Shown in pieces: positions 10,956 to 23,233 of a stretch of DNA of 34,940 bases. A program made the position numbers and the translations under genes. The stretch lies in the NCBI GenBank assembly GCA_052055015.1, contig JBQJIT010000075.1; one strand, given 5' to 3'. The notes beneath the pieces were generated by a model that was not told the origin of the DNA, searched no databases, and saw only the letters and a list, made by a program, of their open reading frames with translations. The DNA is from Malassezia furfur. Its lineage: Eukaryota. The stretch's first letter is position 1, and every line of letters begins with the position of its first letter.

Positions 10956-11916
10956 CTAGGTGAACCGTGTCATCAGGCTCGACAGCGACGCCTGCTCGCC
11001 GACCAGCAGGCGCACCGCCAGGTAGACGAGCGCAGCGACGATCATGGCCACCGTCCAGGGCACCGTATACATGGCGTCCACCAGGTTGATCGACGGCGAT
11101 GGTTCGCCCCGCAGCCATATGTCCATGGTCTTTTGCAAGCGCATCGGCCGCAGGCGTGACTGCCGCACGTTGGTATCGAGGAACTTGCGCGTGGGCAGGT
11201 GGTACACGGCGAGCGTCGGCGTCATCAGCACGTCGAGCTTGTCCGCCATGTAGACGCGGCTGAAGGGGCGGACGTACGACGAGCCCGTCGCGTCGGCCGC
11301 GACGACGCTCTCGTCCAGATCGTCGTCGCCCGCGAGCAGGAACGACTCGGTGGGCGAGGGCGGCGCGACGTCATCCGTCTGGCCCTCCTCGGGCTCGGAG
11401 GACCCATCGGCCCAGGCCATCGCCAGCCACGGGCGGTTGACCGTCGCGTCCTTGTAGTGCTGCTCGTGCGTGTCGACGCTCACGTACACCGTCTTGAGCT
11501 CATGCGGGTATGCGCGGCTCACGTCCGTGACAAGCTGTGTGAGAGGGCCGCCCACGTACCGCGCCGCAGCCCTTGTTGAACTGGGCGTTCCACTGGCTGC
11601 CAAAGTAGAAGAGAAGCAACTTGGTCTCGCGCAGCTCCTGCTTCAGGTTCACCGGGTTGCCCTTGGCATCCACGAGACGCAGCCGGCGCACAAGGGGGTC
11701 GGGGTGCTGGTAGTGCCCCGCGGGGGGAAGCGGCGCCTGGCGCCCCGGCTTCAGCGCCGATTTCTTGGGCGACGCTGCTGACACCGACGAGCGGCGCGAC
11801 ACGGATGCCGCAGGCAGGGGTGCATCCTCGGGGTCATCCGCGAGCTGAATGTAGTCCTGCGTCGGGCTGAACGACACGTTGCGCGCACGCAGCGCGCCCG
11901 CCTCCTCGCTCGTCAT
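10956..11916 (-). CDS. Nucleoredoxin/tryparedoxin-like thioredoxin-fold protein without CxxC, with a C-terminal transmembrane helix; intron 11535-11559
   Basis: Spliced KLLLFYFGSQW...LKTVYVSVD..HYK...PWLAM...LDVLMTPTLAVY follows the nucleoredoxin pattern (LYFSA.W / VVFVS.D / PWLA / IPTLV). Hydrophobic WTVAMIVAALVYLAVRLLV lies near the C-terminus. Confidence 0.72.
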
Positions 11917-12046
11917 GGCGTCCACCGCCAGCCGCGGCCGCGCGTTGCGCCCACGTGGCACGTGTCGGCCTAGTAGGACCGCGCTCCCGCGTGCCGATGC
12001 CGTGAGCGACGCCACGCGCGAAATCGCGCTTTCCCTGCAGTTATCG

Positions 12047-12496
12047 ATGTCGGCGAAGGACTACTACAACAACACGTCGGGCACGAGCAACACGTACGCT
12101 CCGCCTTCGGGTCCTCCTCCGTCCATGGCCGGCAGCGATAACCGCGGCTTTGGCGGGTACGGCCAGCAGCAGCAGGGGTACGGCCAGATGCAGGGTGGAT
12201 ACTATGTACGTCGTATGGCACGCTAACGCGCTAGCCTTCGCAGCCCCAGCAGGCGTATGGGAGCCAGCCGTACGGTGGCATGCAGGGCGGCATGCAGGGC
12301 GGCATGCAGGGTGGCTACTACCCCCAGCCGCAGGCCCAGCCGGTCTACGTGCAGCGCCCGCAGGGCGGCGGTATGGACAGCGGCGCCGGCGCGGGATGCT
12401 GTGCGTGTTTGACGGGTATGCTGGCATGCTGCTGTCTTGAGGAGCTTTGCATGGGTACGTAGGCCACGCGAGGGGACTAACATCGCAGCATTCTAA
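12047..12496 (+). CDS. CYSTM (cysteine-rich transmembrane module) small protein; introns 12206-12234 and 12455-12488
   Basis: Q/P/Y/G-rich N-terminus and C-terminal GCCACLTGMLACCCLEELCMAF. Confidence 0.82.
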
Positions 12497-12958
12497 GCTC
12501 CTACGCCGCACCCGGTCGGTTTCTGCAGGTTAAATAGAAGGCCAAAGTGCCGCGTGGTCCTATCGAGATACGGAATGGGGGGGCGCGTCGGCAGGCACCG
12601 CGAGGAACGCACCGCGAGGAACGCGCCGTGGGGCAAAGTGCTGCGCGGGGAACGCGCCGGGCGGCGCGGGCGTCGGCCCACCGGTGCCGCCATGCGTGGG
12701 GCGCGCGGGCAGGGCCTAGTCGCCATCGTGCGCCGCCACTCGTGCCCTAGACCGAGCACCGACCATACGATTGCCACAACAGCTTGCTACGAGCCGATCG
12801 AGTGTACACACGCTTTTTTGGGAAGAGAAAAAAGTTGAATGAAATACTGACTATATGAACAATAACCCTAAGACACCTAACATCGGCCTTACAGGCGCAA
12901 TGCGAGAGCGTCTGTGCAGCGCCACCGGGGCGAAACCACTAAAACGTATCATGTGCGT

Positions 12959-14587
12959 TTAGTTGTTGCCCTGACCAGCACCCTTGCCGTCGGCGCTGTA
13001 CTGGTCAATGTTGGTGGTGTCGCCACCGCTCTGGGTCTGGTTCTTCGACGTCGACTCAGTGCTCGAGTTGCCGCTGCTGGCCTTGCCAGTCTTGCGCACA
13101 ATCTTCGAGGCAGGCGAGTCGTTACCACCCTCACCAGGAGTAATGGTCGTCGACTTCATGCCCGAGGGGTGAATGATGCCCACCTTGTTGGGGTTCTGGT
13201 GGTTGGCGAGCTTGGCACGGTAGATGCTGTCGTTCGGACCAATCTCCTTGCCGAGCAGGTCGAGCGTAATCTGGAGAATCTCCTTGAAGCGGTCGCCGAG
13301 CACCGACGTGTCAAAGAGCGGGTACTCCGACATCGAGTCGAACTGGCAGCCACCGTTGTAGTAGCTCTTGCCGGCAAAGCGGTCGCGCATGTACTCCATA
13401 ATGTAGGGGAGGTTGAGCAGGTAGGTCACGACGTGGTTGAGCGCCTTGTTCGTCTCCGTCAGGAAGCGGATGTTGGCACCCTGCTCACACCATGCAACGG
13501 CCGTGTTGTTCGCCTGGTACCACACAATCTCCTCGTCGTAGGCAGCGTGGAACATGAAGACGGGCTTGCGGGGCACGTACTTGGGGTTGGTGCCCATGGT
13601 CAGCTTGTTGGTGATCTTGGCCACCTGCGGGTAGTCCGAGAAGTTCTTGCCACCCTTGATGTACTTGGGCGACTGGATGACCTGGTTCATGAACAGGAAC
13701 ACCATCTCGTACACACACGCGTGGTGAGCAGTCCACACGGCGCGCTTGCCCTCGTCGGTCCAGATCTGGTTGTTGAACAGGTCGTACAGCTCATCGTGGT
13801 AGCCGTCCACGAGACCCACGGCACCAATCAGCGAAAGGGCAGCCGTGGCCGAACCGTCCAGGAAGTCGAGCGTCATCATAGGGTCCGAGGCAGTACCACC
13901 CAGCGACCAGCCGACAATGTTGAGCTCAGGCGCGTACGACGACTGGAGACCAGCAGCCCAGCCGTTGGGGATGGAGCCACCCGAGTAACCATGGCCAATG
14001 AGCTTGGCGTCCTTGTCCATGCCAATCTCCTTCGAGTTGAGCGTGGCACGCATGGAGTCCAGCACCATGTGGCCACCCGAGATACCAGCAGCGTTGGCAC
14101 TGTTCGGGCCCTCGTGGTCAGGGGCGTTAACGACCCAGCCCTCCTCGAGGTAGAGCATGTAAAGCATCTGCTCCCAGCGCGGCTCAAAGTTGGTCAGCTC
14201 GAGCACACCCGAGTAACGGAACGCGTACGACGGAGCGCAGCGGATCCAGTTCGAGTTCTCGGGCGACGAAACGGTAACCAGACGCTTCTTGTTGGCGTTG
14301 TGGGGCACCAGCACCGTCGTAATGGTGTACGAAGGCGTGTGCGCCGTGTTCGAGTTCGAACGGTACAGGAGCTGCCATGCGTTCAGGTTGAACTTGAGCG
14401 CACCGACACTGGCAGCCTGGATCTTGCGCGAGCGCAGAATGTCACCCGGCTTCTTGTTCTGCCAGCCACTGGGGGGGTAGTAGAAGGGGTCCTGGTCAGG
14501 GTAGGGCACAAGGCCGAGGGCAGACACCAGCGGCAGCACAGCCACCACGGCGAGCACCAGCCAGCGAACGAGGCCAGTCGAGTACAT
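12959..14587 (-). CDS. Secreted lipase, LIP (Candida/Malassezia secretory lipase) family
   Basis: Signal peptide [57 protein letters not shown], nucleophile motif [18 protein letters not shown]-rich tail. Confidence 0.93.
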
Positions 14588-16213
14588 TGTGATTGAGATA
14601 AAGGAGTGCACAGACGACTCGCGCCTTGACCGTTGAAGGGGGTGAAGAGGAGGTGATGTGACAGGGTGGGCCGGCCCAACCGTTTTTAAATGCGCCGCCG
14701 AGTCGCGCGCGGAACGCTGGTCCCACCCAATTCTTCGTAAAAACTCTACTAATCTACCTACATGGGGAATCCGCCCCCAGCGCGCCAATGCGAAACCTTC
14801 TTCCTGTGCCGGGTTGGCATGTGCGCGGGATTCTTTCCAATCACGTAGGGTTCACTCAACCCACTATGCATGCCAATCGAAAACCAGCCGGTGCGAAGTC
14901 TGCCAGTCTATGCATGCTTATGCGAGGCACCTGCGTAGAAATAATAAAATTGCATCTGTGGTGACGTCTTCCGCCGTCCGGCGGGATTATTCCGAGCACC
15001 CCATTGGCCCATCGGGGTGCGCCACACCTGTCAAAGGTGCACTTGGGGGGGGAGTCGGTAATTTCTAAACGCCGCTGAAGCCCAGGGCGCCGGGGTCAGC
15101 AAGTAATTGGCCCAAGTGGACCGTTTGACAGTTGCTCAGCCGATGCACAAGAAGTCCGCGGAGCGCAACAAGGGCCGCGCAGAAAGGCACGCGCCCCATG
15201 TACAGGGATCTCCGCGCGGCGGTCAGCTGACATGCGCCAAAGGGAGGGTACCGATCGGCCTATCGGACGCAGCTAAACCCTGGTGCACGCAACGCGTGCA
15301 TAATCCCTCGGGTCTCGCGAAAGTGCCGCGCCGCGGTGGCACGCGGATGTATCACGCGCGGCAAATGTGCGCGCTCTATATTTGGCGCGGCGCGTCCGTT
15401 TCGCCCTAAGGCGCGTCGTGTTGCACTGTTGCGATCCAATGCGCTTGTGTCCAACGCGTCTGGCTTGCGGAAAAAGACGGGCGCACGGCCAGTGTGGGTC
15501 GCTCTGCTCCGGCTGTCACGACTGGGCCGATGGCCCCGGCCCCGGTCCCATGAGCGCCGAGGTATCGACGCGTCAGTGTCCTTGGTGCCAACCCAAAGGG
15601 AGAGTCGCATAGGTGTTGTGTACATAGTCCGCAGGCGCGAGAGTCCCGATGACTTGGTTTCCTTACCGTACTATGGTGTCTTGTTCATTGCTGTATGCGG
15701 GCTGCGAGTACAAATGAGTCTTGATGCCCAGAACATCGCCCCCAGCGGGTGAAATGGGTCGACTTTTTGTGCAACCGGCGCTGGCGTGCTTGAGAGCCTA
15801 TCGATATTCTGCCAGGACCGCCTTGGCCCTTGGTGTCTACAGCTGGTGCTATGAGGTTTGGTTGCTTGGTATGTGCGGGCCGAGAAGATTGGTGGGTCTT
15901 GGCACCCCTGTCGCACGACGCGTCCGCACCGTCGCTCGGGCTTGGAGAAATTGGACCAATTTTCCACGTGGAGCCGGCGCTGGCGCGAGGAGAGCATCGA
16001 TGCATAATCCCTCTGATCCTGGCATATGAGGAGATGCCGCCAGGCACCAAACTTCACAAATTGCATCTAAATACATACAAACACCGAATAAACTCCACAG
16101 GTGCTTCGTTGCCTTGGAAATGAAAGAGGAAGGAAAGAAAAAGAGAAATGCGACGAAGTTGGTGAATATTCCATGGATAAGTACAAGCACAGAGGGTGCA
16201 CGGCAGCCTGCCT

Positions 16214-17770
16214 TCACGCCGACGTCGAGGGATGCCAGCAGTCCGAGGAGGCAAGTCCCAAGAACGGCACGTCCATTTTAGTGCAATCCCAGGGCTGAGT
16301 GCCCTCTGTCAAATGCGCAAAGTCGTCGTGAGGCGGATGAGGGGTACTGGACGGGGCTTGGCAGTAGGATGGTATGCTGTGCGCAAAATGGTGTTGGAAC
16401 ATAGACTGCACCGACATCGGCGCAGGCTCCTGCATCGACCAGTTCGAGGGGTGCGTCGAGGTGGGGGAAACCGGCGGCAGAAGACAGCTGGGCACCATTT
16501 CGGGCAGGCCAAATAGGTCCGTATCGTGGTTTGCACTTGGCCCCGCATCCAACGAGAAGGCCTCGAACGTCTGCTCCATGCACGCCGAATCCACCTCGAT
16601 GGTGGGCTGCGTCGCAGACTCGCCCTGCGACAGCGCCGAGGGCTGCGGCGCCAGGCCATGGAAGGGCGAGTTGACCAATGCAGCGGGGTCCAACGCGTAC
16701 GGCGAAGACTGCTGCGAAAGCAGAGGCGTGTCTAGGACCCAGTCCAGCGCATCGCCAGCCACGGGATCCTCGCCCAACGCGGAGCCCTGCCCGACCTCGG
16801 CATCGCGCGACACGTGCAAACCGGCGCTCTCCGCCGGCGGGGCCGAAGAGGAGCGGCGCATCATTTTCCCAGGGCGCACGTCAAAGGCGCCGGGCTGCAG
16901 GAACGAGGGGGCCTCGTACCGTGACTCCAGCGCCGCCTGGCGGTTGGTGAGCGTCGGAGGAAGCACCAGTCCATTGCTGCTGATGCTTCGCCGCAGCGAG
17001 GGGCGCTGCGGCACCAACGCGTCCGGCCCCACGGATAGGTCTGATGGCTGCAGACGGCGGATTTGACCTGTACTGCTTCGTCTTCGCTTCACGCCCGATC
17101 TGCCGCACGCTTTGAGGATCACATCGGCGATATGCTCACACTCACGCTCGGTGCTGGACAGCTTGCGCACGTTACGGCGACTGATGTTGGTCCGCCGGGA
17201 GCCCGGGCGGTACTTGTAGTCCGGGTGCTCACGACGATGCCGCTCCTTTTCGACCTGCGCCTGCGCCTCCCACATCGCACGCTCCTCCTTGCCCAGGCTG
17301 CGCCACATGTGGGAGATGATCCGGCTGATATTGCGGTGGTCGCGTTCAACTTCCTTTGGCACCAGGTTGGTCGCAACCGCATGCGAGCGGAAGAGGATGA
17401 ATGCATTGCGCGGCCGCTTGATATGACCAGGAGCCATTTTGCGGGTATGCGACGTGCTCCGTGGGGTCGAGGGGCACGACATGGTCTGGACCGTGGGGGG
17501 CGGCGCATCCTGGGTCACTTGGATGGGCTGGGAGTCCGTCCCATAGGGTGCCGGCAGGAAGAGATCCTGGCCAATGTGCCATGAATCGTGTGCGTCCTGT
17601 ACCGGGAGGGGCAGCGCTCCTCCCACGGCCGGCGACGCCATAAAGGGCGCAGTCGGCGACGCCGCAAAGGGTGTCTGCGGCGTGTTTGACGCGAAGTCCA
17701 TGGTCGAGCCCAAGTCGTTCTTCCAGAGCGACATCTTGGGAGCGGAGAATACTTGACCAGGTGCATTCAT
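16214..17770 (-). CDS. Sequence-specific HMG-box transcription factor (MATA_HMG/Rox1/Prf1-Rop1-like class)
   Basis: HIKRPRNAFILFRS...ISRIISHMWRSL...W...A..EKERHRREHPDYKYRP, flanked by P/S-rich low-complexity regions. First in-frame ATG is at 17770. Confidence 0.88.
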   Translation of the reverse strand: MNAPGQVFSAPKMSLWKNDLGSTMDFASNTPQTPFAASPTAPFMASPAVGGALPLPVQDAHDSWHIGQDLFLPAPYGTDSQPIQVTQDAPPPTVQTMSCPSTPRSTSHTRKMAPGHIKRPRNAFILFRSHAVATNLVPKEVERDHRNISRIISHMWRSLGKEERAMWEAQAQVEKERHRREHPDYKYRPGSRRTNISRRNVRKLSSTERECEHIADVILKACGRSGVKRRRSSTGQIRRLQPSDLSVGPDALVPQRPSLRRSISSNGLVLPPTLTNRQAALESRYEAPSFLQPGAFDVRPGKMMRRSSSAPPAESAGLHVSRDAEVGQGSALGEDPVAGDALDWVLDTPLLSQQSSPYALDPAALVNSPFHGLAPQPSALSQGESATQPTIEVDSACMEQTFEAFSLDAGPSANHDTDLFGLPEMVPSCLLPPVSPTSTHPSNWSMQEPAPMSVQSMFQHHFAHSIPSYCQAPSSTPHPPHDDFAHLTEGTQPWDCTKMDVPFLGLASSDCWHPSTSA

Positions 17771-18598
17771 GATGGCTTGCAATCGTTTTAATGGTTATCG
17801 AATGGCTGTGATAAGGTTGGCAGAGCCTTTTGGGAGGGGTTAGAAGGGAGATAGAGGAAGCGGTGGTGTGAGTGGTGGGCGCCTTGGTGTTTTCCTCCGT
17901 TCTGTCTTTATACGTCTGGACCTGCGCAGCACATCAACGTGTCCTGCGGGCGCCGATACGACCGAAAGATGTCAATCGAGGCCCGGTGGGCCAGTGCCCC
18001 GCACAATTTTGCACTCGACAAAGGAGCATCTGCAGAAGAAGTTTGTCCTTTCTTTTGATGTGCATGCACCCGCCCTATCAAAAAAGTAGCCGCACCAATG
18101 AAGGTCCGGCGATGAAGTGTATGTGGAGCAACAAAGTAGGTGCGCACCTGGCACTCCCCGTGGAAGAACCGCACACGTTATGTCATGTGCCAATCAATGC
18201 ATTATCGGGGGTGGGACCTGACTCTTATGGTAGTACCACCTGCGGAGCGCTTATGGTAATTGAAATGATCGTCGCCCGTTCACACGGGGTTGTGCATGAG
18301 GAAAAACGTGTGCATGACCTAGGTCGTGTGCACTCACAAGCGAGCCAATTAGAACGCGGCGTTTGGCACCTGCAAAATCTGCGAGACAGGCCCCGATGCC
18401 TGCGCTGCATTTTACTGCAGCTGTACTGGGAGAAACACTCCGACACAATCGTCCCAAAAAAAGTCCAGCCATACGCAGACGCACACCGGACCCACGAGAG
18501 TGCGCGCGAGGTGCGCGCGGACTTGGTCTGCAAATAGGAGCACAGGTTCATCTACGGGGTATCATGCACGCCTGCCTGCACCTGGCAAGTCCGTTGGC

Positions 18599-19726
18599 CT
18601 AGGCAGACGTCTCTGCGTCGCTGCCCGAGCGGTCGGCCGGCGGCAGGGGCCGTGCGACGTGCTGCGCTGCCGAGCGGTCATTCGCATATGCAAGCAGCTG
18701 GTCGCCGTATTGCTGAATTTCTGAGACGGGGATCATGAGCCGGAAGTCGGTGAGCAGCAGGAAATGCAACTCGAGCTGGTTCAGTTCGTGCACGGCCAAC
18801 CCGCCGACTTTCGCATAGCGTGCGTTGGTATAAAACACGTCGCTGAAAAACTTGCTCGCAACCGTGATCCCGGCGATGACGAGGCGGTGCACATTGTAGC
18901 TGTCGATCGCAAAGCCCCGGATTCCGGGAAAGGTCGGCTCTTCGGCGTCTTCCTCCATCTCGTCGGTGGCCTCCGTCTTGGCCCACGAGCCCACCGACGG
19001 CTCGCCCGGGAAGCTACCCGTGACGCCCACGCGGCTCATGCGATCGAAGTAGACGAGGAGGCTTAGAAATACATCGTTGGTGGTCGGGCAGTACTTGAGG
19101 ATGCGCAAGAGGTAAGCCTCGATGCTAATACTGGGAATATGCCGCGCGTGGAAGCACAGCGTGCTGCTGGGCGCATTCAGTGTCGACAGCGCCGCCGTCG
19201 TGATGCTTGACCGGCGGGGGTCGTTGAGCAGGAAGCGCGCATGGCTCGCAGACGCGTGCGTCTGGTTCGGCAGCGAGCTTGCGCCCACCGACTCTTGTAC
19301 TCGCCCACCGTTCATGGGCCGCAGCTGGTCGTTGGAGGTAGCAATGTGCTGCAAGAGCGCCGCTAGCATCTTGAGCAGGTCAGCTGTGGGGTAGTTGGCA
19401 ATGTCCAGGTGCGCATGGCCGTCGGAGGCCGCTTCGGTGTCGCGTGCCTGGGCCAGTTCGTCGGCGGCCATGTCGGGAATCGCCTGCGTGCGTCGTGAAC
19501 TGGATGCAGAATCCTGGTGCGCCGTAAAAATGCTCTCGGAAGAGGAGTAGGAGGGCGCATCGCGAGGCCCTCCGGCTGGAGGAGCGGCCGGCGCTTCGCG
19601 GCCAGACGGGAAAGAAAAGCGCGCGTCAGGGGCAGCGGAGCGTGTCGTCACGGCGGGCCCGTGGTCGGGGGCCATAGTTGCAGTCATGATCGGCAGAGCA
19701 GCGTGCTGTGTGGTGGTATCGTCCAT
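18599..19726 (-). CDS. Pho80/Pcl6-7 family cyclin (Pho85 partner)
   Basis: FHARHIPSISIEAYLLRILKYCPTTNDVFLSLLVYFDR; NVHRLVIAGITVASKFFSDVFYTNARYAKVGGL..ELNQLELHFLLL. Confidence 0.92.
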   Translation of the reverse strand: MDDTTTQHAALPIMTATMAPDHGPAVTTRSAAPDARFSFPSGREAPAAPPAGGPRDAPSYSSSESIFTAHQDSASSSRRTQAIPDMAADELAQARDTEAASDGHAHLDIANYPTADLLKMLAALLQHIATSNDQLRPMNGGRVQESVGASSLPNQTHASASHARFLLNDPRRSSITTAALSTLNAPSSTLCFHARHIPSISIEAYLLRILKYCPTTNDVFLSLLVYFDRMSRVGVTGSFPGEPSVGSWAKTEATDEMEEDAEEPTFPGIRGFAIDSYNVHRLVIAGITVASKFFSDVFYTNARYAKVGGLAVHELNQLELHFLLLTDFRLMIPVSEIQQYGDQLLAYANDRSAAQHVARPLPPADRSGSDAETSA

Positions 19727-20324
19727 GAATCCGAATGGGTACAGTCAAGAATTACGTCGGTGCTCGTGTGAGGCATATACAGAGGAGACAACGCAAGCAG
19801 CTGCACGTTTCGTGCACGAGGAACGCGCGCACGTCTGTTTCACAGAAAAAGCCGTACAAAAAGAACGGGTCGGCCAGGCACGGTCAGGAGCGGCACGCGA
19901 GGGGTAGGACGGCGCTGCAGTCCGGTCGGTCGACGGCCGTCACCAAAATACCGCGGCTGGGGACAAGGACACAGGTCGGGCGCAGGACCCAACGAGACCG
20001 GCGTAAATGTACTGCCAATTCGCTTTGTCCGCGTCGGCTCGAGGCGACTCCGAAGACTACTCGGGGATCGCAAACCCGAGAGGCGGCGGGCGGACGACGA
20101 GGCGTGACGATGGACAGGAGCGCCTAATTGCCGTTGCCGTTCTGTGCACGTGCAGCAAGGGCCTCGCCCGGGAACGTGGAGATTGCACCACTCGCCACGC
20201 GCAGGGCCTGCGGGCTGCGCGAACACTCCCACGTGGCAGAGCAGGCCTACCCCGGACGGGGCACGGCGGTAGACGCGCGTCCCAACGAGGGATCTGGAAT
20301 CTGTTGTATGTCTACATAACGCGA

Positions 20325-21533
20325 TTACTGCTCGTTGACAATCAGAGCAGCCATGCCCATACCGGTACCAATGCACATCGACGTCACAATGAGCTTCTGG
20401 CCGTTGCGCTTCGCCTCGGCGAGCGCCGTCGCAATCTGGCGCGAGCCTGTAGCGCCCAGCGGGTGGCCCATCGCAATCGCACCGCCCACCGGGTTCACCT
20501 TGGCGAGGTCCAGGCCAAGGTGCTCGATCGAGAAGAGCGCCTGCGACGCAAACGCCTCGTTGATCTCGTAGAGGTCAATGTCGGACGTCTGGAGCTTGGC
20601 CTTCTCAAGCAGCTTGGGAATGGCGTACGCAGGGCCCACACCCATAATGTTGGGGGGCACACCCACCACCACACCGCCGACGTACTTGGCAATGATCGGC
20701 AGGTTGTGCTTCTTGGCAAAGCTGCGGCGCGCGAGCAGCACCGCAGCGGCACCGTCGCTGACCTGCGAGGCGTTGCCGGCGTGCGTGCAGCCGTCGGCGG
20801 CAAACGCAGGCTTGAGCTTGCCGAGGCTCTCCTTGGTGACACCACCGCGGATGCCGTCGTCCTCGGTGACGCTGCGCTCGTTGCCGTCGTCGTCGACGTA
20901 CTTGATCGGCACAATCTCGCTCTTGAACTTGCCGGCCTTCTGGGCCTCGTGCGCACGGCGGAACGACTCGGCAGCAAAGGCGTCCTGCTTGTCACGCGTG
21001 ACATTATACTTCTTCGCGACGTTCTCCGAGGTAATACCCATGGGGAGCATGCAGTCGGCCGCCTCCTCGTTCTCCATCACCGCGTCCGACATCTTGGACG
21101 GCATGACACCGGCACCGTAGTTGAGCGTCATCGACTCCACACCACCACCGATACCGAGGTCGATCTGGTGCGTAAGAATCTCGTTGGCGATCTGGTTCAC
21201 CGTGGCGAGACCCGAGGAGCACTGGCGGTTCACCGTGTTAACGGCAGCCGTGTCGGGGATACCGGCCCACAGCGCAGCCTGGCGCGCCGAGGTCGCACCA
21301 CCACCAGGGGGCAGCACGTTGCCGATCGCCACGTCCTCGATCAGCTTGGGGTCCACGCCACTCTGCTTGATCACAGCCTTGAGCACGTTGCCGAGGATCT
21401 CCTCCGGCGCGGCCTGCGAGAGACCGCCCTTGCGGGCCTTGGTCACCGCAGAGCGGAGCGCGGCGACAATCACGACATCGTCATCGTGCTTGTCGAGGAT
21501 GTTCTGCTTGCCAGTCTGAGTTGCGAAGCTCAT
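20325..21533 (-). CDS. POT1: 3-ketoacyl-CoA thiolase (beta-oxidation)
   Basis: VNRQCSSGL (catalytic Cys), GNASQVSDGAAAV, EINEAFASQ, VNPVGGAIAMGHPLGATG, SMCIGTGMG. Start at MSFATQ (21533). Confidence 0.93.
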   Translation of the reverse strand: MSFATQTGKQNILDKHDDDVVIVAALRSAVTKARKGGLSQAAPEEILGNVLKAVIKQSGVDPKLIEDVAIGNVLPPGGGATSARQAALWAGIPDTAAVNTVNRQCSSGLATVNQIANEILTHQIDLGIGGGVESMTLNYGAGVMPSKMSDAVMENEEAADCMLPMGITSENVAKKYNVTRDKQDAFAAESFRRAHEAQKAGKFKSEIVPIKYVDDDGNERSVTEDDGIRGGVTKESLGKLKPAFAADGCTHAGNASQVSDGAAAVLLARRSFAKKHNLPIIAKYVGGVVVGVPPNIMGVGPAYAIPKLLEKAKLQTSDIDLYEINEAFASQALFSIEHLGLDLAKVNPVGGAIAMGHPLGATGSRQIATALAEAKRNGQKLIVTSMCIGTGMGMAALIVNEQ

Positions 21534-21878
21534 CGTAGGGAATGAAGGGTGGTGAAGCCACCTTCGACAGAATCTGGGGCATTTTAATCCCCGCGGGGGG
21601 TCCTTCGGCCGGAGGCGCTTGCGTAGCCGGTTCGTGGACCGGTGAACTCGGCCGAGGGTGGATGGAAGCTTCCGGTTGAAACCCGTGCACAGGCCAGACC
21701 CGCGTGGCACCGCGTGGCCGGTCGATGGCGCGGCGCGCGCCTCGCGACCGCGGCACCGCGCGCGCAGGCTCGTTTCACTGCTATCCCAAGACGTTCTGCG
21801 GTGTTACATTCTAGAGATGGCATTGCAGGAATATAATAGTACAGACGAGGATTGTGGATACAGATACTGCTATACCAC

Positions 21879-23036
<1,158 letters not shown>

Positions 23037-23233
23037 ACGGCCTTTGATTGGCTCGGCTGTCCACATAGAGGTAGCCCTCTGTCTTTAGCACTTGTATTAT
23101 TATCCTGAATGGCTATTCCCATGGGTCTCGGATCGATCTCGTTGGTGTCGCAGCAGGTGGAGTGGTTGTCACGTGGTTGTGTCGGTGCGCCCGGCCGGCG
23201 CTCCCCCGCTTTCCGCCCCAGTGTGTGTGCAAG

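Noticed and set aside
12558..12567. TCCTATCGAG shared with 31082-31091
   Set aside because: A single 10-nt match between two ~400-nt regions is not clearly beyond chance.
14600..16213. Possible centromere in the long intergenic region
   Set aside because: GC drops only modestly; there is no strongly AT-rich core as expected for Malassezia-type centromeres.
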